The notes under the pieces are model-generated. The model was not told where the DNA came from. It saw only the letters and a list, made by a program, of their open reading frames with translations, and did not search any database. A DNA stretch of 20,000 nt from an uncultured virus (IMG/VR IMGVR_UViG_3300029787_000017) (Duplodnaviria; Heunggongvirae; Uroviricota; Caudoviricetes): IMG/VR virus record IMGVR_UViG_3300029787_000017, positions 57,264-77,263 of that record; one strand, 5' to 3'. Of the stretch, positions 7,625 to 16,098 are shown in pieces. The translations under genes and the position numbers were made by a program. How positions within the stretch are numbered: position 1 is the first letter of the stretch; each line of letters opens with the position of its first letter.

Positions 7625-9525
7625 TTTAATCTTTTAATAGTTACGGTTGTTCCTATTTGTGCTGCTGTAGTCTGTGCAGAGGTAGCTTCATAGGTAACAT
7701 CCACAACATCATCAATAGCACAGGTAAATATAGCGGAAATTGTTCTTTCAACAGGGTCTACTGTAGTGTGAGCCCTGGGGTTAGCAGTGTTTACTGGACT
7801 ACCCTCTTTATTAACGTGCATTTCAATTAAAGTAGAGCCACCTTCAAAGAATACTCTTGCTACAACTTCATACGTTCCTGCAAATTTTACCACAAAGTTT
7901 TTAGCAGAATCGTCCCAACTAATGTGATCTGTATTAGAAAGTACGGTAGTTGGAGTGTTAGAGTACCCCACATGTTTTTCATCAGAAGACGCTGCATCAT
8001 CAGAAGTTAATTGTATGTATCCAAAAGGATTAGGGATAGGGCAACCAAGCGATGTTCCTACTTGTAAAGCATATGCACTGGCTGTAACATTATCAGAGCT
8101 AAAAGTGTTTGTTTCAATAGACTTAGCTTCAATACCACTAGCAGTCAGTTTAGACGTTCCACCCGTCATTAGATTTAAGTCTAAATTATCGCCATAGTAG
8201 TCAGCAATCTCAATGCTTTTTGCGGTAGGATCAACGGTAAATGCAGGTACCTGCCAAGCAATCTTGTTTGGTCCTCGTTTAAAAGTAGGTACAGAAAGGT
8301 TAGCAGTCGCTTCTCCAGCAGCACTTACTTCAACAGCGGACAGATTTCCTCCTCCTCTTGTAAGAATCAAGGAACCTGATAGAGTACCTAAGTAATCCAC
8401 ATCATCATCAATAACACCTATAGCATTAGTATTCGTAGTTATATTACCTGATACGGGACTAAGAGAATTAATAGCTGTTGCTATATTAGTAGTGTTAGTA
8501 CTAATGTTACCTGTATTGGTAGCAATATTTCCTGACACCCCTGCTAGTTGAGCTATGTTTTGTGTATTGTCCTCAATAGTCCCCGATACACCAGCCACCT
8601 GTGCTATGTTTTGAGTGTTGTCCTCAATAGCAGCAGCATTAGTACTAATATTACCTGTATTGGTAGCTATGTTACCTGATACAGGGCTGAGAGAATTAAT
8701 AGCTGTTGCTATATTGGTAGTGTTAGTAGCTATGTTACCTGATACAGGGCTAAGAGCATCAATAACTCCTCCAAGCTTAGTAGTGTTAGTACTAATGTTA
8801 CCTGTGTTAGTACTAATATTACCTGTGTTAGTACTAATGTTACCCGTATTAGTTGCAATGTTACCTGATACAGGGCTAAGAGCATCAATAACTCCTCCAA
8901 GCTTAGTAGTGTTAGTACTAATATTACCTGTGTTAGTACTAATGTTACCTGTGTTAGTTGCAATGTTACCTGATACAGGGCTAAGAGCATCAATAACTCC
9001 TCCAAGCTTAGTAGTGTTAGTACTAATATTACCTGTGTTAGTAGCTATGTTACCTGATACAGGACTAAGAGCATCAATAACTCCTCCAAGCTTAGTAGTG
9101 TTAGTAGCTATATTAGTAGTGTTAGTACTAATATTACCTGTATTGGTAGCTATGTTACCTGATACAGGACTAAGAGCATCAATAACTCCTCCAAGCTTAG
9201 TAGTGTTAGTACTAATGTTACCTGTATTGGTAGCAATATTTCCTGACACTCCTGCCATATCGGTAGTGGTTCGATTCCATTTCGTAAACCCTGCGGCTGA
9301 TGGAGCCCCACCCGCAGTCCATGTGGCCGAATTGTCCGTAACCGCAACTCTAGTAGCTACATCTAAAGCGGAGGCACCAGCGAACCCAGTAGCTACATTT
9401 CTAGTTTGAGGATCCAAGTTCTCAACATTGATATACTCATTTGTTTCTGCATCAATTGCAGCAAACTCTGTTGGATTGTTGTCACTGTCTAAAACTAAAT
9501 AGACAATGTTAGTTTTCGCAGCCAT
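7621..9525 (-). CDS. trimeric fibre/spike protein with heptad-repeat stalk and C1q/TNF-like C-terminal head
   Basis: 634 aa; I-x-x-N-T-x-x heptads typical of trimeric coiled coils; C-terminal FVVKFAGTYEV...ISAIFTCAIDDVVDV fits C1q/BclA-type jelly rolls; SD AGGA. Confidence 0.8.
   Translation of the reverse strand: MAAKTNIVYLVLDSDNNPTEFAAIDAETNEYINVENLDPQTRNVATGFAGASALDVATRVAVTDNSATWTAGGAPSAAGFTKWNRTTTDMAGVSGNIATNTGNISTNTTKLGGVIDALSPVSGNIATNTGNISTNTTNIATNTTKLGGVIDALSPVSGNIATNTGNISTNTTKLGGVIDALSPVSGNIATNTGNISTNTGNISTNTTKLGGVIDALSPVSGNIATNTGNISTNTGNISTNTGNISTNTTKLGGVIDALSPVSGNIATNTTNIATAINSLSPVSGNIATNTGNISTNAAAIEDNTQNIAQVAGVSGTIEDNTQNIAQLAGVSGNIATNTGNISTNTTNIATAINSLSPVSGNITTNTNAIGVIDDDVDYLGTLSGSLILTRGGGNLSAVEVSAAGEATANLSVPTFKRGPNKIAWQVPAFTVDPTAKSIEIADYYGDNLDLNLMTGGTSKLTASGIEAKSIETNTFSSDNVTASAYALQVGTSLGCPIPNPFGYIQLTSDDAASSDEKHVGYSNTPTTVLSNTDHISWDDSAKNFVVKFAGTYEVVARVFFEGGSTLIEMHVNKEGSPVNTANPRAHTTVDPVERTISAIFTCAIDDVVDVTYEATSAQTTAAQIGTTVTIKRLK
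8428..9252 (-). repeat. intragenic modular tandem repeat built from 21-bp (7-aa) blocks
   Basis: Five near-identical copies of TKLGGVIDALSPVS separated by 2-4 GNIATNT/GNISTNT/TNIATNT blocks, plus 2x TNIATAINSLSPVS and 2x IEDNTQNIAQxAGVSG. Confidence 0.95.
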
Positions 9526-9537
9526 CTATATTCCTAA

Positions 9538-11148
9538 TTATTCTTTATCTTTAGAATTTTTTAATTCGTCAGTAATGTCTGAAACCATATTCTCAAGTGA
9601 TGAGATATCTGTTACTACGTCATCTTGTGTCATAGCATCAGACTCTTCTTCGCTGCCCTCTGCGTCTTCAGCGGCAACTTCATCTGGTTGCTCTAAGACA
9701 TCTGAAGAGGGAGTAGCTTTGTTTTGAACAGGAGACTCAGGCTCTTTCTCGGCTTTTTTTTCTGATTGCGCCAACTCTTTCTGATTAAGGTTCTCAGTAG
9801 AAGAATACTCAGGATCTTCATTATGCTTAATTTGATCTTTTAGAGTATCCATAGATTTTTTCATATCTCCTAAATCTTGTGAAACTCTCTTAAAATCAAC
9901 CTTGCTGTATCGACCTACAGTTTTTGTTGCTTCTAAAAGCTCACCGTAGGCAGACTCTGTGAATAACTTTTGCAAGTAATCGTTTACGTCAATGCTTTCA
10001 ACTCCTGATTTGTTCTTCATAGACAAAGATAATTCAGAAAGAATCTGCTTCATTACGCTTCTCTTAGGAGCTAAACGTGATAAAGCTTCAAAGATAACAA
10101 CTTGAGTATTAACCAAGCTCTTGAAGCTAGGAATCTCTTGAAGGTTTTGAATGTTGACTCCGTACTTCTCATTTAGACTTTGGATAAAAGTTTCTTTTAC
10201 TTCTTTCTTGTATTCAAAGATCTTAGAAGCAAACTTTTGAATATCTTTTTCTGAAACGCCAAGTCCGTCAGCATCAGCAAGGCTGTTAGAGAATGTTTCA
10301 AAGAGTGCTTTCTTTGAAGCGATAGCTAAGTAGGGGACCTCTTTTAGAACTTCACACATAGCTTCAACAATCTTTTCATCGCTTTCAAAAATCATGCTGG
10401 CAAGCTTTCTTACTGATCCATTGGAAGCCCAAACCATCTCAAAGTCCTGCTTAGACTCTAGTAATTCTCTTTTGACTAGCTCTTGACGGCAGATCATTTC
10501 GTAAATGGATTCGTTCACTCCGTCTTTTAAGATATAACTCTTATTCTCTTCTAAGTCTTCGTAAGACAGTTGAGGAAAATCAAAGGCCTCTGCAACTGTA
10601 TTTGATAGAGTTATACCATTTCTAATCTCAGGAACGGTGATAATCTCATCTTTGTTTTCTTTTAAGAACTCTACGAGTTGAGGAGTAATCTCAATTAGTT
10701 TACCGAACTCATCAGACCCAGTAATGTTACTGTTTTCTGTTAGCCGTTGAGACTTAGTGTAGAGTTTAGACTGTACGTTTTCCAACTTAAGCCTGTTCTC
10801 CCAAAGACCTAACAAATCAGAGAATGTAGAATCCGCTGTAGAGTATTCTGTGTAGTGAATATTCTCAATAAGTGTATTAATTTTTTCACTTACATAAGAA
10901 TCATACAGCGTCTCATCTTTGAAAAGCGAAGAATCTTGAACCTGAATGTTTTCTAAAACTACATCAGAATCAATTTTATATTTTCCTGTGATAATTTTAT
11001 CGTTTTCAGTAAGGTAACTTACTTCTTCATTACCTCCATCTAATGAGAATAATGTGACATTCTCTCGTAAAGATCTGCCTAAGCAATCTCCTAACTTAAC
11101 TAATACTGAGATCTTTCTATCTCTTTCTTCGAAAATATTTGAAAACAT
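9538..11148 (-). CDS. acidic helical protein downstream of portal; putative prohead core/scaffold
   Basis: 536 aa, Glu-rich, many (L/I/F)-x-E motifs, acidic disordered C-terminus; position after portal; SD AGGTGG. Confidence 0.55.
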   Translation of the reverse strand: MFSNIFEERDRKISVLVKLGDCLGRSLRENVTLFSLDGGNEEVSYLTENDKIITGKYKIDSDVVLENIQVQDSSLFKDETLYDSYVSEKINTLIENIHYTEYSTADSTFSDLLGLWENRLKLENVQSKLYTKSQRLTENSNITGSDEFGKLIEITPQLVEFLKENKDEIITVPEIRNGITLSNTVAEAFDFPQLSYEDLEENKSYILKDGVNESIYEMICRQELVKRELLESKQDFEMVWASNGSVRKLASMIFESDEKIVEAMCEVLKEVPYLAIASKKALFETFSNSLADADGLGVSEKDIQKFASKIFEYKKEVKETFIQSLNEKYGVNIQNLQEIPSFKSLVNTQVVIFEALSRLAPKRSVMKQILSELSLSMKNKSGVESIDVNDYLQKLFTESAYGELLEATKTVGRYSKVDFKRVSQDLGDMKKSMDTLKDQIKHNEDPEYSSTENLNQKELAQSEKKAEKEPESPVQNKATPSSDVLEQPDEVAAEDAEGSEEESDAMTQDDVVTDISSLENMVSDITDELKNSKDKE

Positions 11149-11175
11149 GTTTTTCCACCTGTAGGCTACTATTTT

Positions 11176-11186
11176 TATATAGATAA
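11176..11186 (-). promoter_or_regulatory. putative late-promoter motif TTATCTATATA
   Basis: In the 47-bp gap between portal and the next gene; matches the motif at 579-589. Confidence 0.5.
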
Positions 11187-11195
11187 CTTATTTGT

Positions 11196-12962
11196 CTATT
11201 TTTTTAAATTATCTTTCTGTTTTGTTAGGATTCGAGATAACACCTCTCGATTTCCTTCGTTTATTTGTTTCTTTTGTAATAAGAGTTCAATCCCCGTAAG
11301 GCTTTCCTCAGAGGTTTGGGACGTAGGAGTTTCGTTTTCTGCTGGCTCTTGGCCTCCTGCTTCGCCGTATCCTGGACCTGCCATCGTTGCCGCGCCCACT
11401 TGGGCTCCCTGCTCATCCTGCTCCTGTTTTGCTTGATCTTCCATCTCCTTTTTCATTCTTTGAATTTCTTCGTCTGTCATATCATAGTACTCTCTATAGA
11501 TCTCATCTTTAGAGAAAAGACCCAATTGTTGTACTGCTGCGATAACTCTAGTTTTTTGTTCATCAAGATCAAGCTTTCTCTTAGCAGACATATCAGAAGG
11601 TTCAGGTAATCTAATTCTTAAATTTTTAATTAATAAAGCAGGAAACCCCTTAAGTTGTAAATGTCGTTTAGCAATGTTCTCTAAACCAACTTCAATATTA
11701 ACTTGAACTCTTTGAATTGTTCTAGCAAATTTAACATCTAGCTGAGACAAATTAGCTTTTCTCTCAGGAGAGGAATCCTTTTCTACGATGTAATCTTTAG
11801 GAATTTTCAAAGCAGCAAGAAGCTTATCTCTGTAGTATCTTACATCCTCAATTTCTCCGAGGTTTTGTGCTCCTGGGAGTGTATCAATCTTTGTTCCTGC
11901 GCCATTCCTAGTAGGGACAAAGAAGTCTTCATCCATAGAAAGGGGGTTAAATCTAGCGTCAATTGTACCTTTTTGAGAATTGTAATACTTTTCTTTCTTA
12001 AACTTTTGCTTAATTCTTTCCATAAACATCTCAGCCTTGCTAGTAGGAAGATTGCCAGTGTCTATGTAAAAGATTCTTCGTTCAGGGGCTCTAGAAAGAC
12101 GGTAGATCATCATCGCATCTTCCATCATCTTAAGAGACCTAAATACCCGCATACACAAGGCAGCAACAGATTTACCGTAGGGGTAAAACACTGGATCCGA
12201 TGTATGCATCCTGAAGTGAGCAATTTGATTCTTGTCAAGTCTAATGTATTTTAGTGCTTGCTCATCAGAGTAGTTTGCTCCGTAGTTAAAACTCTCATTG
12301 TTGGGAATCTCTTGTAAAAAGTTTTTAAGGTATCCAAACTCATTTTCCACTCGAAGAATAAAGTTAGGGTTAAGAATTTTTATTTTTTTAATGCCTTCGT
12401 CTGGCTTATTAACATCAAGAATAAGTTCAGTAAAGCAGTCTCCATATTTTACAGTGTTTCTAACAATATCCCAAAGAAACGTATCAAGACGTATTTTATC
12501 AAAAAGAGTATCAATTTCATCTACAACTAAATCATTGGTAGATTTAATTGTCCAGCGTTCATTTCTAGGTCCTTTTTGTGTAGAATCGTCTGCGTAGATG
12601 TCGAAAGCTGCTCCAATCTCTGGATACTCATCCATCTCTTCGTACTCTTTGTACCGTCTCTTTCGATTCATCTCCATTTGAGGGAGAATGGGGTTTCTGG
12701 ATACGCCTCCTATTGCGGGAAGTTTATCATCAACATCTTTAATAACCTCAGTATGAACTACAGTATCCCCACCCAGCAAGGCAGGACCGCCACTGTCCAT
12801 GGTTTTTACGGCTTGTGCTTGCGCTGTAGAAGCGAAAAATTTAGCAAAGAATTTACCGATTGGCCCTGTAGGCTGGTAAAACATGCCTCCTCTACTTTGT
12901 GTACCACCGAATTCGGTGTACCCTTCATCTAATACTTCGTTTTCTTTTATTTCATCAGCCAT
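11196..12962 (-). CDS. portal vertex protein (T4 gp20 family)
   Basis: LKMMEDAMMIYRLSRAPERRIFYIDTGNLP..KAE and EDFFVPTR...TKIDTLPGAQNLGEIEDVRYY signatures. Confidence 0.97.
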   Translation of the reverse strand: MADEIKENEVLDEGYTEFGGTQSRGGMFYQPTGPIGKFFAKFFASTAQAQAVKTMDSGGPALLGGDTVVHTEVIKDVDDKLPAIGGVSRNPILPQMEMNRKRRYKEYEEMDEYPEIGAAFDIYADDSTQKGPRNERWTIKSTNDLVVDEIDTLFDKIRLDTFLWDIVRNTVKYGDCFTELILDVNKPDEGIKKIKILNPNFILRVENEFGYLKNFLQEIPNNESFNYGANYSDEQALKYIRLDKNQIAHFRMHTSDPVFYPYGKSVAALCMRVFRSLKMMEDAMMIYRLSRAPERRIFYIDTGNLPTSKAEMFMERIKQKFKKEKYYNSQKGTIDARFNPLSMDEDFFVPTRNGAGTKIDTLPGAQNLGEIEDVRYYRDKLLAALKIPKDYIVEKDSSPERKANLSQLDVKFARTIQRVQVNIEVGLENIAKRHLQLKGFPALLIKNLRIRLPEPSDMSAKRKLDLDEQKTRVIAAVQQLGLFSKDEIYREYYDMTDEEIQRMKKEMEDQAKQEQDEQGAQVGAATMAGPGYGEAGGQEPAENETPTSQTSEESLTGIELLLQKKQINEGNREVLSRILTKQKDNLKK

Positions 12963-14491
12963 CTTAAATCTTCTATTTCTACTTGGCCTCCTGGGCCTCT
13001 AAACACATGCTGCGTCTGTTTGCTAGGCATTGGGAGTGATTCTTTATGAGGTATCTTAGAAACATGCTCAATAGGAGTAGTTTCTAGTAAGTTATTGTAA
13101 AGATATATTCCCAAAGCCAAACTCATCACTAAATCATCATTCTTTCCTCTTTCCGCTGATGGGCGACCTCCTTCTGTAATAATAAAGGTCAAAAGTTCGT
13201 CGGAAGTACGTTTTGAGTTGATTTTAACTGAATTAGTTCTGATAGCTTCTTCTAAGTTTGCTAGTAGTTGTTCTCTGTTATTTGCTGTTACCTGAAAGCC
13301 AAATAAGCCCTTATCATCGGCCCAAAGGTTTTCATATTCTAAGTTACTGTACAGGCAGTCAATTAAGTTGTTTCCAATAGTGTTTCTCTCACAGATAACG
13401 TGAGCTATATTATATAGCATCGCTTCCTGAGCTATTATTTCGGCAAAAGTATTAATTGGGGTTTTATTTGAATAAAACTCTGCTACCTGCTGTCCATTAT
13501 AGGTATTTATTACTTGAAAAGCTGAATAATCTCGATCTCTTCCCAACGCCACATCACAAGCTAAAACATAAGTGTAGTAAGGTTTGGGGTCTTGCCAAAC
13601 CCGCATACGGTTGTTATATTTTGAATAGAACTCATCACTCACATTTTGAGAGACATCTTTTAGGATCTCCCCGTCTATGTATGTGTCACCTGTACCTAGG
13701 AAGGAACACTCATACTCCTGTAACCACTGTTTAAGTGGCATATTGGCTCGCGTAGTTTTTTCCCAATCATCTACATTTAAGCCTTTAGCTTCCATTTCTG
13801 CATAAAGCTGAGAGAAGCCTTCCTGCCTTTGGTATTCTGGGTGATCAACCCATTCAATATCAATAGCGTTAAAAGAGTTTTGTTTCTCAACAGCTTTATT
13901 GTAAACCTCGTGATACCAGTTTCCTACACCATTTACTGTGGATAAAACAAACGCTCGGCCTCCAGTAGAGATAATTGGATATACAGCAGCCCAAATAGTG
14001 TCAATATTCTCAATAAAAGCTGCCTCATCAATGATTAGAAGAGATCCTGCTAGAGATCGACCTGACTGCTTACCCGAAGGTCTTGATTTAATCACAGAAC
14101 CAGTATTTAGCTTTAAAGTGTGTTTGTTGTCTTCAGCTATGCCAGGTTTAAACACCGCAGGTAGCTCATCGTACATAACCTTGATCCTGTCAAGAACCTC
14201 AGTGGCTTCAGTATCACCTTTTGAAAGAATAACTACTTGCTTATGTTTTTGGAAAATAATCATCCACAAAGCATAACTAGCGGCAATTGTAGTACATCCT
14301 GCCTGTCTAAATTTCCTAAGAATATTAAATCTATTTGCTTCTAACGCATTTAGGATTGTATTTTGAAAGGGATACAATTTAAAGGGCACTAACCCCCGTA
14401 CAGGGTGTACTACCTTGATATAATTAGAAATGAAGTACACTGGGTCTTCCTTACACTTCTTAAATTCTTCAATTAATTCTTGTTTTTCCAT
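12947..14491 (-). CDS. terL: terminase large subunit (T4 gp17-like)
   Basis: DPVYF...PFKLYPFQ, RQAGCTT (Walker A variant), LLIIDEAAF, STVNGVGNWY, QEYECSFLG, DVALGRDRDYS, NDDLVMSLA. Confidence 0.96.
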   Translation of the reverse strand: MEKQELIEEFKKCKEDPVYFISNYIKVVHPVRGLVPFKLYPFQNTILNALEANRFNILRKFRQAGCTTIAASYALWMIIFQKHKQVVILSKGDTEATEVLDRIKVMYDELPAVFKPGIAEDNKHTLKLNTGSVIKSRPSGKQSGRSLAGSLLIIDEAAFIENIDTIWAAVYPIISTGGRAFVLSTVNGVGNWYHEVYNKAVEKQNSFNAIDIEWVDHPEYQRQEGFSQLYAEMEAKGLNVDDWEKTTRANMPLKQWLQEYECSFLGTGDTYIDGEILKDVSQNVSDEFYSKYNNRMRVWQDPKPYYTYVLACDVALGRDRDYSAFQVINTYNGQQVAEFYSNKTPINTFAEIIAQEAMLYNIAHVICERNTIGNNLIDCLYSNLEYENLWADDKGLFGFQVTANNREQLLANLEEAIRTNSVKINSKRTSDELLTFIITEGGRPSAERGKNDDLVMSLALGIYLYNNLLETTPIEHVSKIPHKESLPMPSKQTQHVFRGPGGQVEIEDLRWLMK

Positions 14492-14509
14492 AAATTATGC
14501 TATCGTACT

Positions 14510-14524
14510 ATTATAATTATAGTA
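14510..14524. promoter_or_regulatory. bidirectional -10 element (palindromic TATAATTATA)
   Basis: TATAAT on + at 14512-14517, 6 nt before ATG 14524; TACTATAAT on - at 14516-14524 facing terL. Confidence 0.6.
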
Positions 14525-15210
14525 TGAACATCTATGCATATATATGTACTCGCTCAGTTGAGGAAATGACCGACACTACAGATAAATTAATATCCTTTCT
14601 ATCAGAGTGTGAGATTCAGAGTTTTCTGCTACCTAAAGCCTCTTCTATTTTTACTGCCTATTCCTTTGCATACCAAAAGACTAAACCTTCTCCTGAAGAT
14701 ATAGTTATCATGTGTCATGATGATATTACCATAAGAGAGAAACCTAAAGAGTTTGTTTCTAAACTTAAAAAGATTATAAGTAAAAAAAACACAGGTTTTG
14801 TAGGACCAGCAGGAACAGCAGAGCTTGGTCCAGAAGCTATATGGTGGGATCAGCAAAGATGGGCAATGAAGAAGCACCATGGAAGGGTATACCATCTTGA
14901 TCCTAAGGGTAAAGAGTACGAAACACTCTATGGACCCCCAGCAGAAGTTGCTGTACTAGATGGATTGTTTCTTGCTACCACAGGTAAAGTAATTAATGAT
15001 GTAGGATTAGAAAAACCAGACTATTTTACAGGAGAGTGGGATTTTTATGACATCCATTACACATCTAAAGCCCTCTCATTGGGGTATAAGAACAGAGTGT
15101 TGGATATTAATATACTACATAACTCAAGAGGGGAGTTAGTTGGTAGAGATTCTTGGCATAAGAACAGAATTGCTTTTATAAAAAATACAAAATTACCCCT
15201 AACAATATAA
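14524..15210 (+). CDS. GT-A fold glycosyltransferase (GT2-like, StrF/Glyco_tranf_2_5 type)
   Basis: SIFTAYS, IVIMCHDD, GFVGPAG, VAVLDGLFLA, WDFYDIHY, ILHNSRG. Start 14524 preferred over 14497. Confidence 0.85.
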   Translation: MNIYAYICTRSVEEMTDTTDKLISFLSECEIQSFLLPKASSIFTAYSFAYQKTKPSPEDIVIMCHDDITIREKPKEFVSKLKKIISKKNTGFVGPAGTAELGPEAIWWDQQRWAMKKHHGRVYHLDPKGKEYETLYGPPAEVAVLDGLFLATTGKVINDVGLEKPDYFTGEWDFYDIHYTSKALSLGYKNRVLDINILHNSRGELVGRDSWHKNRIAFIKNTKLPLTI

Positions 15211-15211
15211 A

Positions 15212-15793
15212 ATGACAAAATATCAGTGGCCTCACCCTACGAATTCTGAATTTAACGAGAAAATACGCTCTATCGTTAACATGTATGGGTCTGCACCTCC
15301 CCGAGATAAAGAGCTTTTGGTCAAAGTTAAGAATTTTCTTAAGGGATGCGTAGAAAATATCCTTAAACACAAAGTAAAACGGGATTCTGAGAAGTATTTT
15401 GAGCTTTTAAACTTAAAAATGACTCACGGACTAGAAAAACCAATCCAAGAGCGTCAGGTTTTGATTTCAGACAGCAATATTGTGTTTTTTACAGGAGACT
15501 GGCGTGAATATCCTGACTGTGTAGACGATTACAAGTTCTCTTACAGTATTAGAAAGCCTGTTCTTGAAATATTTCACAAACCTGTCTTAAAGTTAGATGA
15601 AACTGTCAGATTTTTGGATCCTATTAGGCCTATTGAAGACACTGTTTGGAATCCCTCTTTAGCTGAAGATATCCTCGTGTACCAAGAGCCTTCAGGAAAG
15701 TACGAAGTTATCGACGGGAACCACAGGCATGAGTTTGCTCAACGCTTAGGTAATGTAGAAAGCTTGAGTGCGTGGGTAATTAGAGATGCTTAG
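15212..15793 (+). CDS. protein with C-terminal ParB/sulfiredoxin-like domain
   Basis: ILVYQEPSGKYEVIDGNHRHEFAQRLG matches the ParB/Srx DG-x-H-R motif. Confidence 0.75.
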   Translation: MTKYQWPHPTNSEFNEKIRSIVNMYGSAPPRDKELLVKVKNFLKGCVENILKHKVKRDSEKYFELLNLKMTHGLEKPIQERQVLISDSNIVFFTGDWREYPDCVDDYKFSYSIRKPVLEIFHKPVLKLDETVRFLDPIRPIEDTVWNPSLAEDILVYQEPSGKYEVIDGNHRHEFAQRLGNVESLSAWVIRDA

Positions 15794-15963
15794 TCTTTCT
15801 TAGCTGCTTTTTTTCTTTTAGCTTTTGGCTTAGGCTTTACAACAGGCTCAGGAGCAACTTCCACTCTAGACCAACCTAGTCTTTCCTCAAGAAGTGCTCT
15901 TCTTCTCCTACTTCTTGTAGTCTTCAGTTCTTTTTCTAATCTTATTCTAATTTTTTCTTTCAT
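15790..15963 (-). CDS. small, very basic protein (57 aa)
   Basis: Not in track. MKEKIRIRLEKELKTTRSRRRRALLEERLGWSRVEVAPEPVVKPKPKAKRKKAAKKD; SD AAGGA. Confidence 0.75.
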   Translation of the reverse strand: MKEKIRIRLEKELKTTRSRRRRALLEERLGWSRVEVAPEPVVKPKPKAKRKKAAKKD

Positions 15964-15965
15964 GG

Positions 15966-16097
15966 TTATTTCCTTAAATCCTTACCGTGGATTCGTTTAG
16001 CCTCTTTTATAAAAAGACGTTTTAGTTTTTGCTTTCGACTAGAAAGCTTCTCACAATATCTAGGGTCTTTGTTTCTAAATCCTTGTCGTTTTTTCAA
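15966..16097 (-). CDS. small basic protein (43 aa, TTG start)
   Basis: Not in track. MKKRQGFRNKDPRYCEKLSSRKQKLKRLFIKEAKRIHGKDLRK; starts 1 nt after the upstream stop and ends 2 nt before the next ATG. Confidence 0.6.
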   Translation of the reverse strand: MKKRQGFRNKDPRYCEKLSSRKQKLKRLFIKEAKRIHGKDLRK

Positions 16098-16098
16098 A

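Noticed and set aside
8428..9252. Possible CRISPR array, given the Cas4-like nuclease in the window
   Set aside because: Repeats are in-frame coding modules with no unique spacers; no cas1/cas2; solo Cas4-like nucleases are common in phages.
8615..9409. 264-aa hydrophobic repeat ORF on +, and the alternative-frame ORFs 8730..9005 and 9150..9347
   Set aside because: Shadow frames of the fibre repeat; stop codons are absent only because the repeat unit lacks them.
11316..14276. Several 90-130-aa plus-strand ORFs inside portal and terminase, and similar short antisense ORFs elsewhere
   Set aside because: Fully nested antisense to conserved genes, mostly non-ATG starts, no motifs.
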